Shown piece after piece: positions 20,727 through 31,064 of a stretch of DNA of 64,000 nt. Positions within the stretch are counted from its first letter, which is position 1. Each line of letters opens with the position of its first letter. The stretch comes from Bdellovibrionales bacterium (GTDB lineage Bacteria; Bdellovibrionota; Bdellovibrionia; Bdellovibrionales; JAGQZY01). Below the pieces are notes generated by a model. That model was not told where the DNA came from and made no database searches. It saw only the letters and a list, made by a program, of their open reading frames with translations. Made by a program: the position numbers and the translations under genes. The stretch spans positions 736,001 to 800,000 of the forward strand of contig CAXRHT010000002.1 in NCBI GenBank assembly GCA_964230645.1. Reading direction: 5' to 3'.

Positions 20727-20775
20727 AAAAGGTACCAGCTTCCCAATGGTAGCGCCAACGCGTTATTCACGACGC
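20727..20775. repeat. Degenerate half copy of the 56399-56477 palindromic element
   Basis: AAAAGGTACCAGCTTCCCAATGGTAGCG versus AAAAGGTACCTGCTTCCCCTTGGTAGCG. Confidence 0.65.
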
Positions 20776-20867
20776 CGTATGGCCATATAGAAAATTTAAA
20801 TAAAAGAGAATGCGTAGTTCAGTCCTGCTCCACTGAGAGCTAACTTTAAGCCCATTAAAATTTAGTT

Positions 20868-22070
20868 TTACAATGAGGACTCTGGAAGCTCCACTTCAGC
20901 GGTGATAGCATCGATGATGGGATTAAAAGGCTGGTGCCTTTGAGCTGTAGACCAATTGATTCCATCGCTAGAGATTTTTCGAGTGGATGAGGCATTCTCA
21001 CCCCAACTTCTCGAGAAGCTATAAAAAGTTCCATTTGAATAACCTTGAATGGAGTCTGACGAGTTCCCCATCGTTGTCCAGTTAAGCCCATCTGTAGAGG
21101 AATAATTTATGCGCCCGGCGCGTAAATAAAATGTGCTATTCTCTTTTGAAAAATAAATCGAACCAATACTATCAGCAAACTGGTGGCCAGTTACCCATTC
21201 CTCGGTTTGGGTATTGAAGAGCCTCAGTTGAGAATTTTCGGAACTATCGACGAAGAGAAAAATGCCGAGGCCTGCGCTGAACGTTGTCTGCACGCTTTCG
21301 CTAGTGTTAACATCCCAGTTCATGCCATCCTTACTAAAGGCAAGAGGGGCTCCGCCACTTCCTACCGCCATAAAATAACCGTTTTCAAACTCCATTCGGC
21401 GATATGCTCCATTGGGCCTTGAACCGCTAGCCCAATTTATACGTTGCCAGTTTTGACCGTCAGCACTCCAAACACTGGTTCCACCTCCCATGGAAGCAAA
21501 TACATTATTTCCGAAAGTGATATCTCCCGCCCAGGGGCAACCACCATATGTTACAGTGTCTTTATCGAGAACGATTTCATCCGTCCAATTCTCTCCATCT
21601 TTAGATGTTCTTACATTGACGTGACAACAGCCTCCAATAGCAACAAATTGATTGTTTCCAAAAGCAATCCCACGAAACATATGGGGATCATGATCGGGTG
21701 CGTAGGGTTCAAATTTTCCAAAACGGCACTGATCCTTTAAATAAGCCTCCGAATAGCTTTGCCCCGGAATCAATTGCTGCTCGATATGTTTGAGGGTTTC
21801 AAAGCCATCATGACTGGTCATAATGGCTCCCCCTCGTCCCACACCCACTGAAACACTTTGTTTTTTCAAAGGTGATGGTTGATCTGGAAGAGGTTCATCC
21901 TCTTCATTATCTAAATTGGTTTCATCATTTTGATTGGAAGACTCGCTGCCTTGTTGAGCGCCCAACTCAGCCTGAAAAGGAGTAGGACTGCACCCTTGAT
22001 AGATAAAAATAATACCTAGAAGAAGAACAAGAAAAATATTGATGCTTTTTGAATTTAAACTCAAGACCAC
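20868..22070 (-). CDS. Lipoprotein with BNR/Asp-box-like beta-propeller repeats
   Basis: IYQGC lipobox; repeated S.DG.NW and IAFGNN.FVA. Confidence 0.7.
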   Translation of the reverse strand: MVLSLNSKSINIFLVLLLGIIFIYQGCSPTPFQAELGAQQGSESSNQNDETNLDNEEDEPLPDQPSPLKKQSVSVGVGRGGAIMTSHDGFETLKHIEQQLIPGQSYSEAYLKDQCRFGKFEPYAPDHDPHMFRGIAFGNNQFVAIGGCCHVNVRTSKDGENWTDEIVLDKDTVTYGGCPWAGDITFGNNVFASMGGGTSVWSADGQNWQRINWASGSRPNGAYRRMEFENGYFMAVGSGGAPLAFSKDGMNWDVNTSESVQTTFSAGLGIFLFVDSSENSQLRLFNTQTEEWVTGHQFADSIGSIYFSKENSTFYLRAGRINYSSTDGLNWTTMGNSSDSIQGYSNGTFYSFSRSWGENASSTRKISSDGINWSTAQRHQPFNPIIDAITAEVELPESSL

Positions 22071-22226
22071 CCACCCTTTTTATTAGTATAGGGCGACCTT
22101 CCTCCGAGCAAAAGTCTTAATATTAAAAAGGATTTTATGACAAAAGCTCTGACGTTATTTTCGAAAAATACTTTTATTTTTCTCAGTTTGAAGCGATTTT
22201 AAACTTCGGAAAGTTCTCGAAACGAA

Positions 22227-23303
22227 TCACCAGTTATGGTTCTGATAATCGAAATACCAACGATCATGATCAGGGTCCCATTCATCCCAAGTGGGAACCT
22301 CTTCAATTTTGCTCACAAGGTTTTCCGGAACAATACCTGGAACAACGAAAGCTTTCTGTCTTTTTAGGGGATAAGGATTTCGCAGCTCCATTCCTAAAAC
22401 TCCAAGGATGGATCTTGCCACATACCAGGTGGCTTGTGGATTCCAACCATGGGCAATTTTAATAACCACACCAAGGCCTTTAGGATACTCAGGATGTTCG
22501 ATGGCCATTCCCAAAAGTCCATCGGCTCCCTCTTTAGCGATCACCTTTCCTTTACAAGATTTAATCACTGTTGTGTCGAGGCGATTAAAGCCACCAATCA
22601 GATCGGGCTCTTTAGTAAAGGCCTCCCAAATCCAGTCCTCATCTTTCTTCTGAGCGAGCTTAGCGTAACACTGAGCCAATTCATTCACGGTCATTGCCAC
22701 TGTAGGCAGACCATCCCCGTCTCTCGCTACCCTTGGTGGCTCATAATCTTCCCCTAAATAATCTCTGACAATTTCAAGGTAAGCCTTGAAAATGGGGTGA
22801 TTGGGGAGAGTGTAGCCGGCCCGGTTCCAACCTTTTAAACGGCAACCTTTTAAAATGGCGGCGTGATGTCCCGAAGAATTATTGTACCATCTTCGAGGTC
22901 GACGCACCTGTCTTCCAAATTGCACAAGAGGAAGATCGAGAGGTGTGAGCATGAGTCCCCACTCCCCTTCACTTAATAAACTTTGAGCCGCTTCCACATG
23001 TTGAGCCGTGCCGTTGTGGCTAGCCAGCGCAATAGCCTTTTGTTTCCAATCGGTGACCTCAGACAATTCATCGGCAAAGACTTTTATATAAAAAGGCTTC
23101 ATCATGGAGCGCCCATAGCAAAGGACATTTCCGCCCCAGGCGTGTATTTTTTCATCGCCACTGTACCAAGATACCGCTCCGTGAATAGTGTTTTCACTCA
23201 CACCATTTCGCCTAAAATCGACAAGAGGTTCCCACTCCACATCGCGTCCTGTGGGCAAGTTGGATTCTTTTTCACCTAAGGGACTGGAAGGATAGACTTT
23301 CAT
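22227..23303 (-). CDS. Class 3 (Rhizobium-type, asparaginase II) amidohydrolase homologue
   Basis: RSMMKP, ASHNG, NNSSGHH, DGDG, KEGADG; ATGA overlap with upstream gene. Confidence 0.8.
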   Translation of the reverse strand: MKVYPSSPLGEKESNLPTGRDVEWEPLVDFRRNGVSENTIHGAVSWYSGDEKIHAWGGNVLCYGRSMMKPFYIKVFADELSEVTDWKQKAIALASHNGTAQHVEAAQSLLSEGEWGLMLTPLDLPLVQFGRQVRRPRRWYNNSSGHHAAILKGCRLKGWNRAGYTLPNHPIFKAYLEIVRDYLGEDYEPPRVARDGDGLPTVAMTVNELAQCYAKLAQKKDEDWIWEAFTKEPDLIGGFNRLDTTVIKSCKGKVIAKEGADGLLGMAIEHPEYPKGLGVVIKIAHGWNPQATWYVARSILGVLGMELRNPYPLKRQKAFVVPGIVPENLVSKIEEVPTWDEWDPDHDRWYFDYQNHNW

Positions 23304-24271
23304 AGGGACTCATCCTCAAGGGGTTCATCTTCTGATGAGAGAACATTACGATCTCCCGGAAAGAAATCCACATTGTCTTCATCAAACTCCAGATCAGGAG
23401 CAGGATGCGAAGTCGGAGTTAGACCTACAACAGCGGCTCCTGTTCCTTGAATAGGTTGATACTCAAAGATCTCTCCTTTATAGGCATTGGTCTCTCCCAT
23501 CACAGAAGCCAGCCACCAAAAGGGCTTAAAGTTTACCACTTTTTTCGTCACTCTCGCTTCTCTATGAAATTGCCTTGAAAGCTGTGACACATCCTCTAAG
23601 CGTCCGCGGGACAAAAACTCAAGAAACTTTTGATTCCACTCTTCATCTTTTTTTGATGAGATTTCATCAGGACACTCTTTGGGGTCCTTTAATGTGTAAC
23701 GGTTAGATAAACTACTGATCGAAATCACCACCGCTTTTTTGTTTTGTTTTTTAAGGGCGTCTTTGGCCCCTTTGCCTAGAATAATTTGCTCGGCGCGGTC
23801 CGAATAGATGTTGCTCGAAACAATGCAGGATTTAAATTTATTTTTAGGATCGAGAAGTTTTAAACAAACCACAGAGCCTGTATCAATAGGAAAACCCTCG
23901 TAGGCCGTAAGCCTTGAGGTGAGTCCTCTTTCGATGTTGGCTTCATTATAGGCTTTGGCGAATTCCACATCGGTTTGAAATTCATAGGGAATACTGCCAA
24001 GTGAGTGCCATTCATCATCAACGAGAGTCCATTTTGGCTTAGGAAGCGCTTGAATCTGATGACCTAAAATACTGGCCCAGTAGGTTGAGTAAACAAGGAT
24101 CAAATCAGGATTTAACTCATCCACTTCTTTGGCGACTTTATCATAAGCCTGTCGGACCTTTTTCCAACTGCTTCTCTCATCAGGCTTTAATAACGGGTGA
24201 GGTAAACCGGGAAGCACATAACCCTTCAAAACATTTTCGCAGTGACTGCTGGTGTATTCTGCTTTTTCCAT
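23300..24271 (-). CDS. amnA: 2-aminophenol 1,6-dioxygenase alpha subunit-like (LigB family)
   Basis: VLPGLPHPLLKP, PDLILVYSTYW, GFPIDTG, GTGAAVV; acidic C-terminal extension. Confidence 0.75.
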   Translation of the reverse strand: MEKAEYTSSHCENVLKGYVLPGLPHPLLKPDERSSWKKVRQAYDKVAKEVDELNPDLILVYSTYWASILGHQIQALPKPKWTLVDDEWHSLGSIPYEFQTDVEFAKAYNEANIERGLTSRLTAYEGFPIDTGSVVCLKLLDPKNKFKSCIVSSNIYSDRAEQIILGKGAKDALKKQNKKAVVISISSLSNRYTLKDPKECPDEISSKKDEEWNQKFLEFLSRGRLEDVSQLSRQFHREARVTKKVVNFKPFWWLASVMGETNAYKGEIFEYQPIQGTGAAVVGLTPTSHPAPDLEFDEDNVDFFPGDRNVLSSEDEPLEDESL

Positions 24272-25155
24272 CACTTAGCCCTCCACTCAGCGACCACATT
24301 ACCGGTACCAATCACGGTGCCATAGCCATGAATTTTCGCCGGTGCTTGAGGCATGCCCATAGCCGAGAGCATCCACATCAGCCCTCCGGCATCACACTCA
24401 CTAATGGTTTGTTCAGTAAAGTCAGTCATCACCTCAAAGATTGTCTGCACATCTCCTTTTTTCATAAGATCAATCATCTTCATGTCCCATAGATATTGAC
24501 CATGATGGTAAATATGCTCGGCACTCATGTCCTCTGGAACATCAGGCTCTGTAATAAAATGGCGATGAGACAGGGAGTGACTGGCAAGAAGAAGGCATTT
24601 CTTACCAGACTCCTCAATGGCTTTTTTTGTGGCCTCGCCGAGTTTAAGCATTTCCTCTTGCATCACGTCCATAGAAAAATAAGAAGCTCTTCCAACACTG
24701 GAAATGCCGACAATGGGTTTATCCCAAGAGGGATTTGTCATTTGCAAGGCTGTAATCGTTCCGTAGTCGATTCTGAAATCGGGATTTCTCATCATCTCTA
24801 CAAGCATTTCATTGTTCTTAGCTTCTTGATAAATCTTTTCAGCCAAATCGACGTCGACTTTTAAATCGTAATTAAAGCGAAACAAATGAGGAAAGATAGG
24901 GTCCACTGATTTCGATTTAAATTCAGGACACCCCAGAAAGTGCGTGGCAATTTGGGTTCTCCAATGAGGGGAGTGGACCAATATCACATCGTAATCCACA
25001 TCACTTAAAGAATCTCTTAATCTCTCATAGGCCCATCTCAAAGTTTCCCAGCCACACTCTGAGCGAGGCTCGTTCTGAGGGGGGTTCTCTCCATAGACAA
25101 GATGGGGAGGATGGGGCGCTAAACATCCAGCAACAATTTGACCTTTTTGACTCAT
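24271..25155 (-). CDS. amnB: 2-aminophenol 1,6-dioxygenase beta (catalytic) subunit-like
   Basis: APHPPHLVYGENPPQNEPRS..GWE, HSPHW, SHSLSHRH, YGTVIGTGN. Confidence 0.88.
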   Translation of the reverse strand: MSQKGQIVAGCLAPHPPHLVYGENPPQNEPRSECGWETLRWAYERLRDSLSDVDYDVILVHSPHWRTQIATHFLGCPEFKSKSVDPIFPHLFRFNYDLKVDVDLAEKIYQEAKNNEMLVEMMRNPDFRIDYGTITALQMTNPSWDKPIVGISSVGRASYFSMDVMQEEMLKLGEATKKAIEESGKKCLLLASHSLSHRHFITEPDVPEDMSAEHIYHHGQYLWDMKMIDLMKKGDVQTIFEVMTDFTEQTISECDAGGLMWMLSAMGMPQAPAKIHGYGTVIGTGNVVAEWRAK

Positions 25156-25427
25156 AGTCTGGCAATATAAGAGTTGAAGAGGAGCTTGTCTAGCCTCCAT
25201 TTCTATTGTTCATTATCTATTGCCCCTGTGATTTCAATCCTTTAGCAGGAAGACCCCTTTCATATCTGAGGCAAGACTTCCCTACGTGCTTAAATCCAGA
25301 GGGCTTCCCCTATTCTATTTGATATTGTCGATTTTTTTCTCGATTGGACTTTTTGCCCCACTCAAATCCAAGAAAATGGCTTTTCTCCCTATTCCCTCTT
25401 GTTTCGCCCAAGCTCGTACCCTCAAAC

Positions 25428-25435
25428 TCCGATAA
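25428..25435 (+). promoter_or_regulatory. Sigma-28-like -10 box
   Basis: CAAG-N15-TCCGATAA upstream of 25485. Confidence 0.5.
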
Positions 25436-25484
25436 GACAAACAGAGGAGACAGGTGATGAGGAAGCAACAAAAGGAATGAAACC

Positions 25485-26144
25485 ATGGAAAAGTCCAAGC
25501 TAATCTTTATATTAGGATTTTCTTCTCTATTAATGAGTTGCTCTGGAGGGTCCGACTCTAGCAACACACTCGATTCACAACTGATTTCGTCTGATGTCGC
25601 CTACGCTTCTTGGCCCAACAGCACCACCACAAAAACAAACTCCATTCAGATCACTTCCCCTGTTCTTCTTTCTGACATGAACAAAGACGGAGTACTGGAA
25701 AACATTTTCATTACAGTTTTACCAAACTCCACTCAACCGGAAAATAGTGTTCTGCGCGTAACAAGTGGTGAGGCCTATGATGAAATCGTAAACTACGATG
25801 CCAACAGGACTCCCCTTTTTCAAAATTCTTATCCCTTCGTCTACGACGTCAATGATGATGGTGATAAGGAGCTTCTCCTAGTTGGATACGATCTTGATAA
25901 AGTTTACTGCTTTGACTTTAAAGACAATGAGCTGGACCAAATTTATATCCGCTGGTCGGCTCGCCTCCCTCAGGCTCTCCCCTCTGGTTTTGATCCTCGA
26001 ATGAAGCTTATTGAAAAAGACGAGCAGATCATGATTCAAATTGAAAACTATGGGATTTTTGAGAAAAAACACAGAAAACCCAAAGTTGTTTTTATTAATC
26101 CTCCCGGTAAAGACCAAGAGGATGATGACGACGACGATGACTGA
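25485..26144 (+). CDS. Lipoprotein with FG-GAP-like Ca-binding motifs and poly-Asp tail
   Basis: LMSC lipobox; DMNKDG and DVNDDGDKE. Confidence 0.7.
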   Translation: MEKSKLIFILGFSSLLMSCSGGSDSSNTLDSQLISSDVAYASWPNSTTTKTNSIQITSPVLLSDMNKDGVLENIFITVLPNSTQPENSVLRVTSGEAYDEIVNYDANRTPLFQNSYPFVYDVNDDGDKELLLVGYDLDKVYCFDFKDNELDQIYIRWSARLPQALPSGFDPRMKLIEKDEQIMIQIENYGIFEKKHRKPKVVFINPPGKDQEDDDDDDD

Positions 26145-26311
26145 GCGCACTCGAAGGATCGCCTCATTTTAAGAAATCTTCCAGCCTCTCTAAGACTCTG
26201 AACTTCTTTTTGTCGCAGCTTAGAAGCTGGCCTTTTATCCAATGAGTCCTTAAGCGATTAAAATCACTAAAGATATAACACCTTTTCACCTTCCCACTTG
26301 AAACAACCCCC

Positions 26312-26338
26312 TAATATTTCTCCTGTTTTCTCCGATAT
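26312..26338 (+). promoter_or_regulatory. Sigma-28-like promoter
   Basis: TAAT-N15-TCCGATAT upstream of the kinase. Confidence 0.5.
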
Positions 26339-26365
26339 ATAGGATGGAGACATCAGAGGAACCTC

Positions 26366-28372
26366 ATGAACCTACCAAAAATTAATGATCAATTTGAGCA
26401 TTATAAAATCCTCTCTACTTTGGGAGAAGGAGCCATGGGACAGGTCTTCCTTGCTGAGGACCTCAAGTTAGGAAGAAAAGTCGCCTTAAAGTTCTCCGGT
26501 ACAGACAAACAGAAATCGAATCCCGTTTTATTAAAACGCTTTGAAAACGAAGCTAGAACTTTAGCCGCTCTCAATCATCCAAATATCGTCAACGTCTTCG
26601 ACTTCGGCCATTGCGGTGATTTACGTTATTTGGCTATGGAATACGTACAGGGTGACACCCTGATGCGGATCATTCAGAAAAAAGCCTTTGGTATAAAAGA
26701 CAGTTTAGAAACCATTAGACAAGTCGCCAGTGGTGTTGGGGCGTCTCACCAAAAAGGTGTTCTTCACCGGGATATTAAACCAGCTAATATCCTTATAGAC
26801 GAAAATAAAAAAGTAAAACTCGTGGACTTCGGCATTGCAAAGTCCTTGCAGTCCGAAGATGGCAATCTGACCCAGGCCGATCACTTCATTGGAACTATTA
26901 ATTACATCGCTCCTGAGATATTAACCGGTCACCCTCCCTCTCCCTGCTCAGATATATTTTCCATAGGAGTTGTTTTTTACGAATTGGTCACAGGACTTCA
27001 TCCATTCACTGGAGAAAATAAGTTTGAAACCATGGAAAAGGTAAAATTTCAGGAAATCACTTTCCCCCCAGATATGGAATCTCTCCTTCCTGAGTCTCTA
27101 AAGGGACTCATTATGAAAATGCTTTCCAAAGATAAAACGAAGCGCTTTCAGTGCACAGATGATCTTATCAAATCTATTGATAAAAGCTTTGAACACCTAC
27201 ATCCTGATTTGCATCAAATCTCGATTCGCCCCGACATCATTGTACTTAATCGCTCGGAATTGCGTCTGCAATTACTAAAACAAGGTTATCAAGAAAATGA
27301 AATTCGACTGATCATTCATCAAGCCGCACAGCTCGAGGATATGGGGCAAGTGTTCGGCCCCGATGAGGGTGATCAAACACTTGATACGTCGAATATGAGC
27401 TTGAAAAACAAGATCACCATAAGTCCGATGAACCTCAAAGCATCTATAACTAGCTTTGAAAACTCGAAAACACAAATCTCAAAATCCACCGCCACAGTGG
27501 TAACAAAGACCAAAACCAAACCAGAAAACAATAAACAAACACAAAAGCCCACGGCCCAAAACCTCTATCCCAATGACACTGATCAAGAAGAAATTCCCTA
27601 TCCACTTTACAAGCCCAACTTTTTTAAAAAGGCCTTTGTCTTCCTCGGGTTCATTACCCTATTAGGCAGTGGAATCTATAATTACAAATCTAAGACGGTT
27701 TTCTACAAAAAAGCCCTCGAGTACTCTTCCATTTTTCTAGAACAAAAAGGAGAAACAGAAGAAAAGGTAGTCGTCGATACTAAACAAAGAGAAATATCCT
27801 CCCTACCGTCCGTGTATATGGACTCTCCTCCCGCTGGCTCACAGTTTACTTTTCGTCATGTTAAAACAAGTGGTGATGAACGTAAAACAGACCTTGATGT
27901 GCAAAAATTGCTAAAAATCAAAAGAAGTGCTAACGGGGTCATCTCTCTTAATATCAAAAATCTCAGTACCGGCAAATGGAGTCAAGCTCGATGGTCGGAG
28001 AATGTGATTGCACCTCCACTGAGGTATTATGAAAAAAATGGTCGCAATGAAAAGACGACCCTTCCTCCGAACCATAAATCTATCTATCCGCTCAATATCG
28101 GACGCAAAGGTCAATTTCGCTATCAGATTGTCAATACCGATGGAAGCTTCTCTCAAGGAGAGAAAAACTGTGAGGTTTCTGGCCATATGGAAAAAGTCGT
28201 TCTCGGTAAGGCCCGATCGATATTGGTTATCCAATGTCAGAACACAGTCGATGGAATAAAGCGGGACACAAGCATCCACTATGCACCCGATCTTAAGATA
28301 AGCGTCAAAAGAGAGTCCCACTGGAAACAAGGGGTAACGCCTCATTACGAGCTGTGGGAACTGGTTAAATAA
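26366..28372 (+). CDS. Hanks-type Ser/Thr protein kinase with TM and C-terminal extracytoplasmic domain
   Basis: LGEGAMGQV, VALK, HRDIKPAN, DFG, GTINYIAPE; TM near residues 423-438. Confidence 0.93.
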   Translation: MNLPKINDQFEHYKILSTLGEGAMGQVFLAEDLKLGRKVALKFSGTDKQKSNPVLLKRFENEARTLAALNHPNIVNVFDFGHCGDLRYLAMEYVQGDTLMRIIQKKAFGIKDSLETIRQVASGVGASHQKGVLHRDIKPANILIDENKKVKLVDFGIAKSLQSEDGNLTQADHFIGTINYIAPEILTGHPPSPCSDIFSIGVVFYELVTGLHPFTGENKFETMEKVKFQEITFPPDMESLLPESLKGLIMKMLSKDKTKRFQCTDDLIKSIDKSFEHLHPDLHQISIRPDIIVLNRSELRLQLLKQGYQENEIRLIIHQAAQLEDMGQVFGPDEGDQTLDTSNMSLKNKITISPMNLKASITSFENSKTQISKSTATVVTKTKTKPENNKQTQKPTAQNLYPNDTDQEEIPYPLYKPNFFKKAFVFLGFITLLGSGIYNYKSKTVFYKKALEYSSIFLEQKGETEEKVVVDTKQREISSLPSVYMDSPPAGSQFTFRHVKTSGDERKTDLDVQKLLKIKRSANGVISLNIKNLSTGKWSQARWSENVIAPPLRYYEKNGRNEKTTLPPNHKSIYPLNIGRKGQFRYQIVNTDGSFSQGEKNCEVSGHMEKVVLGKARSILVIQCQNTVDGIKRDTSIHYAPDLKISVKRESHWKQGVTPHYELWELVK

Positions 28373-28389
28373 AGAACGAATAAATAGAA

Positions 28390-29838
28390 TTAAAGCTCGT
28401 AGTTCATACTCACGTTTTGAGTCTCTGTGAAAAACTCTAGGGAGTAATCCCCGCCTTCTCGACCGACACCGGATTGCTTCATACCACCAAGGGGAGTCCT
28501 TAAATTTCGGTACATCCAAGTATTCACCCACACGGTCCCGGCCTGAATTTTCTTCGACAAACGGTGAACCCGTGAGTGATCATTGGTCCAAAGAGTGGCC
28601 GAGAGTCCATAGGGGACACTATTGGCCATTTCTAGAACTTCGTCCTCGCTTTTGAAAGAAGTGAGAGTGACAACGGGACCAAAAATTTCTTCGTTCTGTA
28701 CACGGCAGTCTTGGCTCAAACCAGAGAGGACTGTCGGACGCATAAAATAGCCGTCTTTCATTTCACTAGGCAGGTTCTTCACTTCCTGACTGGTGTGAAC
28801 CACTCCGCCTTCTTTTCTCGCAAGCTCAACATAACTTTGAACTTTTTCCAGATGCTCTTTTGAAACCAAGGCCCCTAAGAAGTTGCTGTCATCGGATGGA
28901 TCTCCAACCTTGAGCTTCTCGGCTTCAACGACGAGATCTTTTAAAAACTGGTCATAAATCTCTTCTTGTATAAAAATGCGAGACCCACAGAGACATATTT
29001 CTCCTTGGTTCAGGAAGCTTGATCGCAAGGTTGTTTTTAGGGCCTTTTTGTAATCGCAGTCAGAAAAAATAATATTGGGATTCTTTCCGCCCAGCTCAAA
29101 ACTCGTTTTCTTAAAGTCTCCCGCTACGCTCTTTGCAATGTGGGCCCCTGTTTTGGTTCCGCCGGTGAATGAAATTACCGGCACATCCGGGTGTTCTATG
29201 AGTGCTTGTCCTGTCTGTGTTCCTAATCCATGGACAATATTGATCACACCCGGTGGAAGACCGGCTTCAATGGTTAATTTTCCGAACAGGTAGGCTGTCA
29301 TCGGTGTTAGTTCCGAAGGTTTACAGACGGCAGTGTTTCCAGCCGCGATACAGGGAGCAATCTTCCAGGTGAGTAAATAAAGAGGAAGATTCCAGGGGGA
29401 GATCAAAGCACAAGGCCCATAGGGGATATGATTGACGTATTCGACTTTCCCCTTCTCATCGGTGAAAGCTGTCGATTTAAAACTTTGAATAGCATGGGCA
29501 AAAAATCGTAAATTTTGACTGGCCCGTGGTATGTCTACTTTCTTAGTCAGCCAAAGAGGCTTTCCCTGATCTAAGCTTTCAGCTTGGGCGAGTTGTTCAA
29601 AGTTTTGATCAATCAAATCGGCTAAACGCATAAGGGCCGCGGCTCGATCTCCGGGCGAAAAATCAGACCAAATACCAAAGGCTTGCTTAGCAGCACCCAC
29701 AGCTCTATTGACATCTTCGGAGTCGGAGTTGGGGGTTTGGCTATAAACTTGACCCGTTGCAGGCGTGAAATTATCAAGGTAATTTCCACCCACGGGATCA
29801 ACAAACTCTCCACCAATCAAATTTTTGATTTTCTCCAT
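28390..29838 (-). CDS. 2-aminomuconate 6-semialdehyde dehydrogenase-like ALDH (ALDH8/AmnC type)
   Basis: ISPWNLPLYLLTWKIAP, ELGGKNP, NQGEICLCGSR, EEIFGPV; TAATG overlap with LLM gene. Confidence 0.88.
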   Translation of the reverse strand: MEKIKNLIGGEFVDPVGGNYLDNFTPATGQVYSQTPNSDSEDVNRAVGAAKQAFGIWSDFSPGDRAAALMRLADLIDQNFEQLAQAESLDQGKPLWLTKKVDIPRASQNLRFFAHAIQSFKSTAFTDEKGKVEYVNHIPYGPCALISPWNLPLYLLTWKIAPCIAAGNTAVCKPSELTPMTAYLFGKLTIEAGLPPGVINIVHGLGTQTGQALIEHPDVPVISFTGGTKTGAHIAKSVAGDFKKTSFELGGKNPNIIFSDCDYKKALKTTLRSSFLNQGEICLCGSRIFIQEEIYDQFLKDLVVEAEKLKVGDPSDDSNFLGALVSKEHLEKVQSYVELARKEGGVVHTSQEVKNLPSEMKDGYFMRPTVLSGLSQDCRVQNEEIFGPVVTLTSFKSEDEVLEMANSVPYGLSATLWTNDHSRVHRLSKKIQAGTVWVNTWMYRNLRTPLGGMKQSGVGREGGDYSLEFFTETQNVSMNYEL

Positions 29839-31064
29839 TACGCGTCCTTTATATGAGGAGCCACTTTTTCCATAAACGTTCTCATATTTTGGCAAACCTC
29901 TGGGCTATTGTGATTGTTAAAATCAAACCAAAGCATCAAACGATCTTCTGGATGAAATCTTTCTTTAATTTGTTCGATGATCGTTTCGGGATGACCGACC
30001 AAGGCATTATCTACTGCCTTTGCTAACTTCACAGGATCGATCGTTCCCTGTATGGCTGACCAGTAGGCTTTGTTAGCATCGGTGGCAAGCTCAGTGGCTC
30101 GCTTATCGTTTTCTTCTTTTGAGAGCTTGGGATCGTCACTTGGAAAAACTAATACAGTTCTAGGCATATGAGATCTTTTCCACTCGCCTTTGTAGGTCTT
30201 CTTCATGCGCTCATGGGTTTTCTCAATCACTTCTGGAGGAGTGATGGAAAGATTAAAAACTCCACAGGGTAAGAATTGATTGGCCCACTCGTGCGCTTCG
30301 GCCCAGTGTGCCCCTATGGTTAGGTTCAAATACTCTAAAGGCGCTTCAAAGGGAATCACACCCACTTTTTCAAAATCCCAAAAAGAGGGAAGTTCAATTT
30401 TTTCGGGCTCGCCCGTTGTATTATTTTCTTTGTTGTAGGCTTCAACAACCTTTTGCCAGTCTTCCTCTGTGCGGAAAAATTCCTTTTTAAGATACATAGG
30501 TGCGATGTCTTTGGAAGAAAACACTTCACTTTTAAGAAAACGTAAAAAGATCTCTGTGGCTTGTAAAAAAGCTCGGCCGTTTACTACGGGCCAACCCACT
30601 TTTTCCACTTCAGAGCGAGGCTTGATCCCATAAGGTCGATTGGAAAAAGGAAAACGTCCAGCAGCAAAACCTAATTCAAGCTTTCGATCGGTATTGTGGT
30701 GAAGAGCATGAAGACTCAAAAAGGTCTTTACAGCTTCAGCATGGGCAATGGGACCACCGTTACAAAGAATATTTCTAATGGCAGAGCCAACATTTATTTG
30801 CTTCGTTTGTGAGAAGAGAAGATGCGCGACCTGCAAGACATCTGTGTTAAGCCCAATTTCTCCTTTGAAATTGGGAATAACGGCCCCTGGGTTTTCTTTT
30901 TGAACCTGGCAGGAAAGGTGAGTTTCAGCCACCCAAGCGGTTTGAAACCCAAGTTCATCCGCAAGTTTGGCCTGCTCAAAAAAGTTTTTGAGCATTGTCT
31001 TTTCATTGGGTTTATGGCCCTTCACTTCATTTTGGCATATGGATAAAAATATATCGAGAGTCAT
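29838..31064 (-). CDS. Luciferase-like (LLM) flavin-dependent monooxygenase
   Basis: AKLADELGFQTAWVAETH, INVGSAI, LELGFAAG, ALVGHPE. Confidence 0.82.
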   Translation of the reverse strand: MTLDIFLSICQNEVKGHKPNEKTMLKNFFEQAKLADELGFQTAWVAETHLSCQVQKENPGAVIPNFKGEIGLNTDVLQVAHLLFSQTKQINVGSAIRNILCNGGPIAHAEAVKTFLSLHALHHNTDRKLELGFAAGRFPFSNRPYGIKPRSEVEKVGWPVVNGRAFLQATEIFLRFLKSEVFSSKDIAPMYLKKEFFRTEEDWQKVVEAYNKENNTTGEPEKIELPSFWDFEKVGVIPFEAPLEYLNLTIGAHWAEAHEWANQFLPCGVFNLSITPPEVIEKTHERMKKTYKGEWKRSHMPRTVLVFPSDDPKLSKEENDKRATELATDANKAYWSAIQGTIDPVKLAKAVDNALVGHPETIIEQIKERFHPEDRLMLWFDFNNHNSPEVCQNMRTFMEKVAPHIKDA

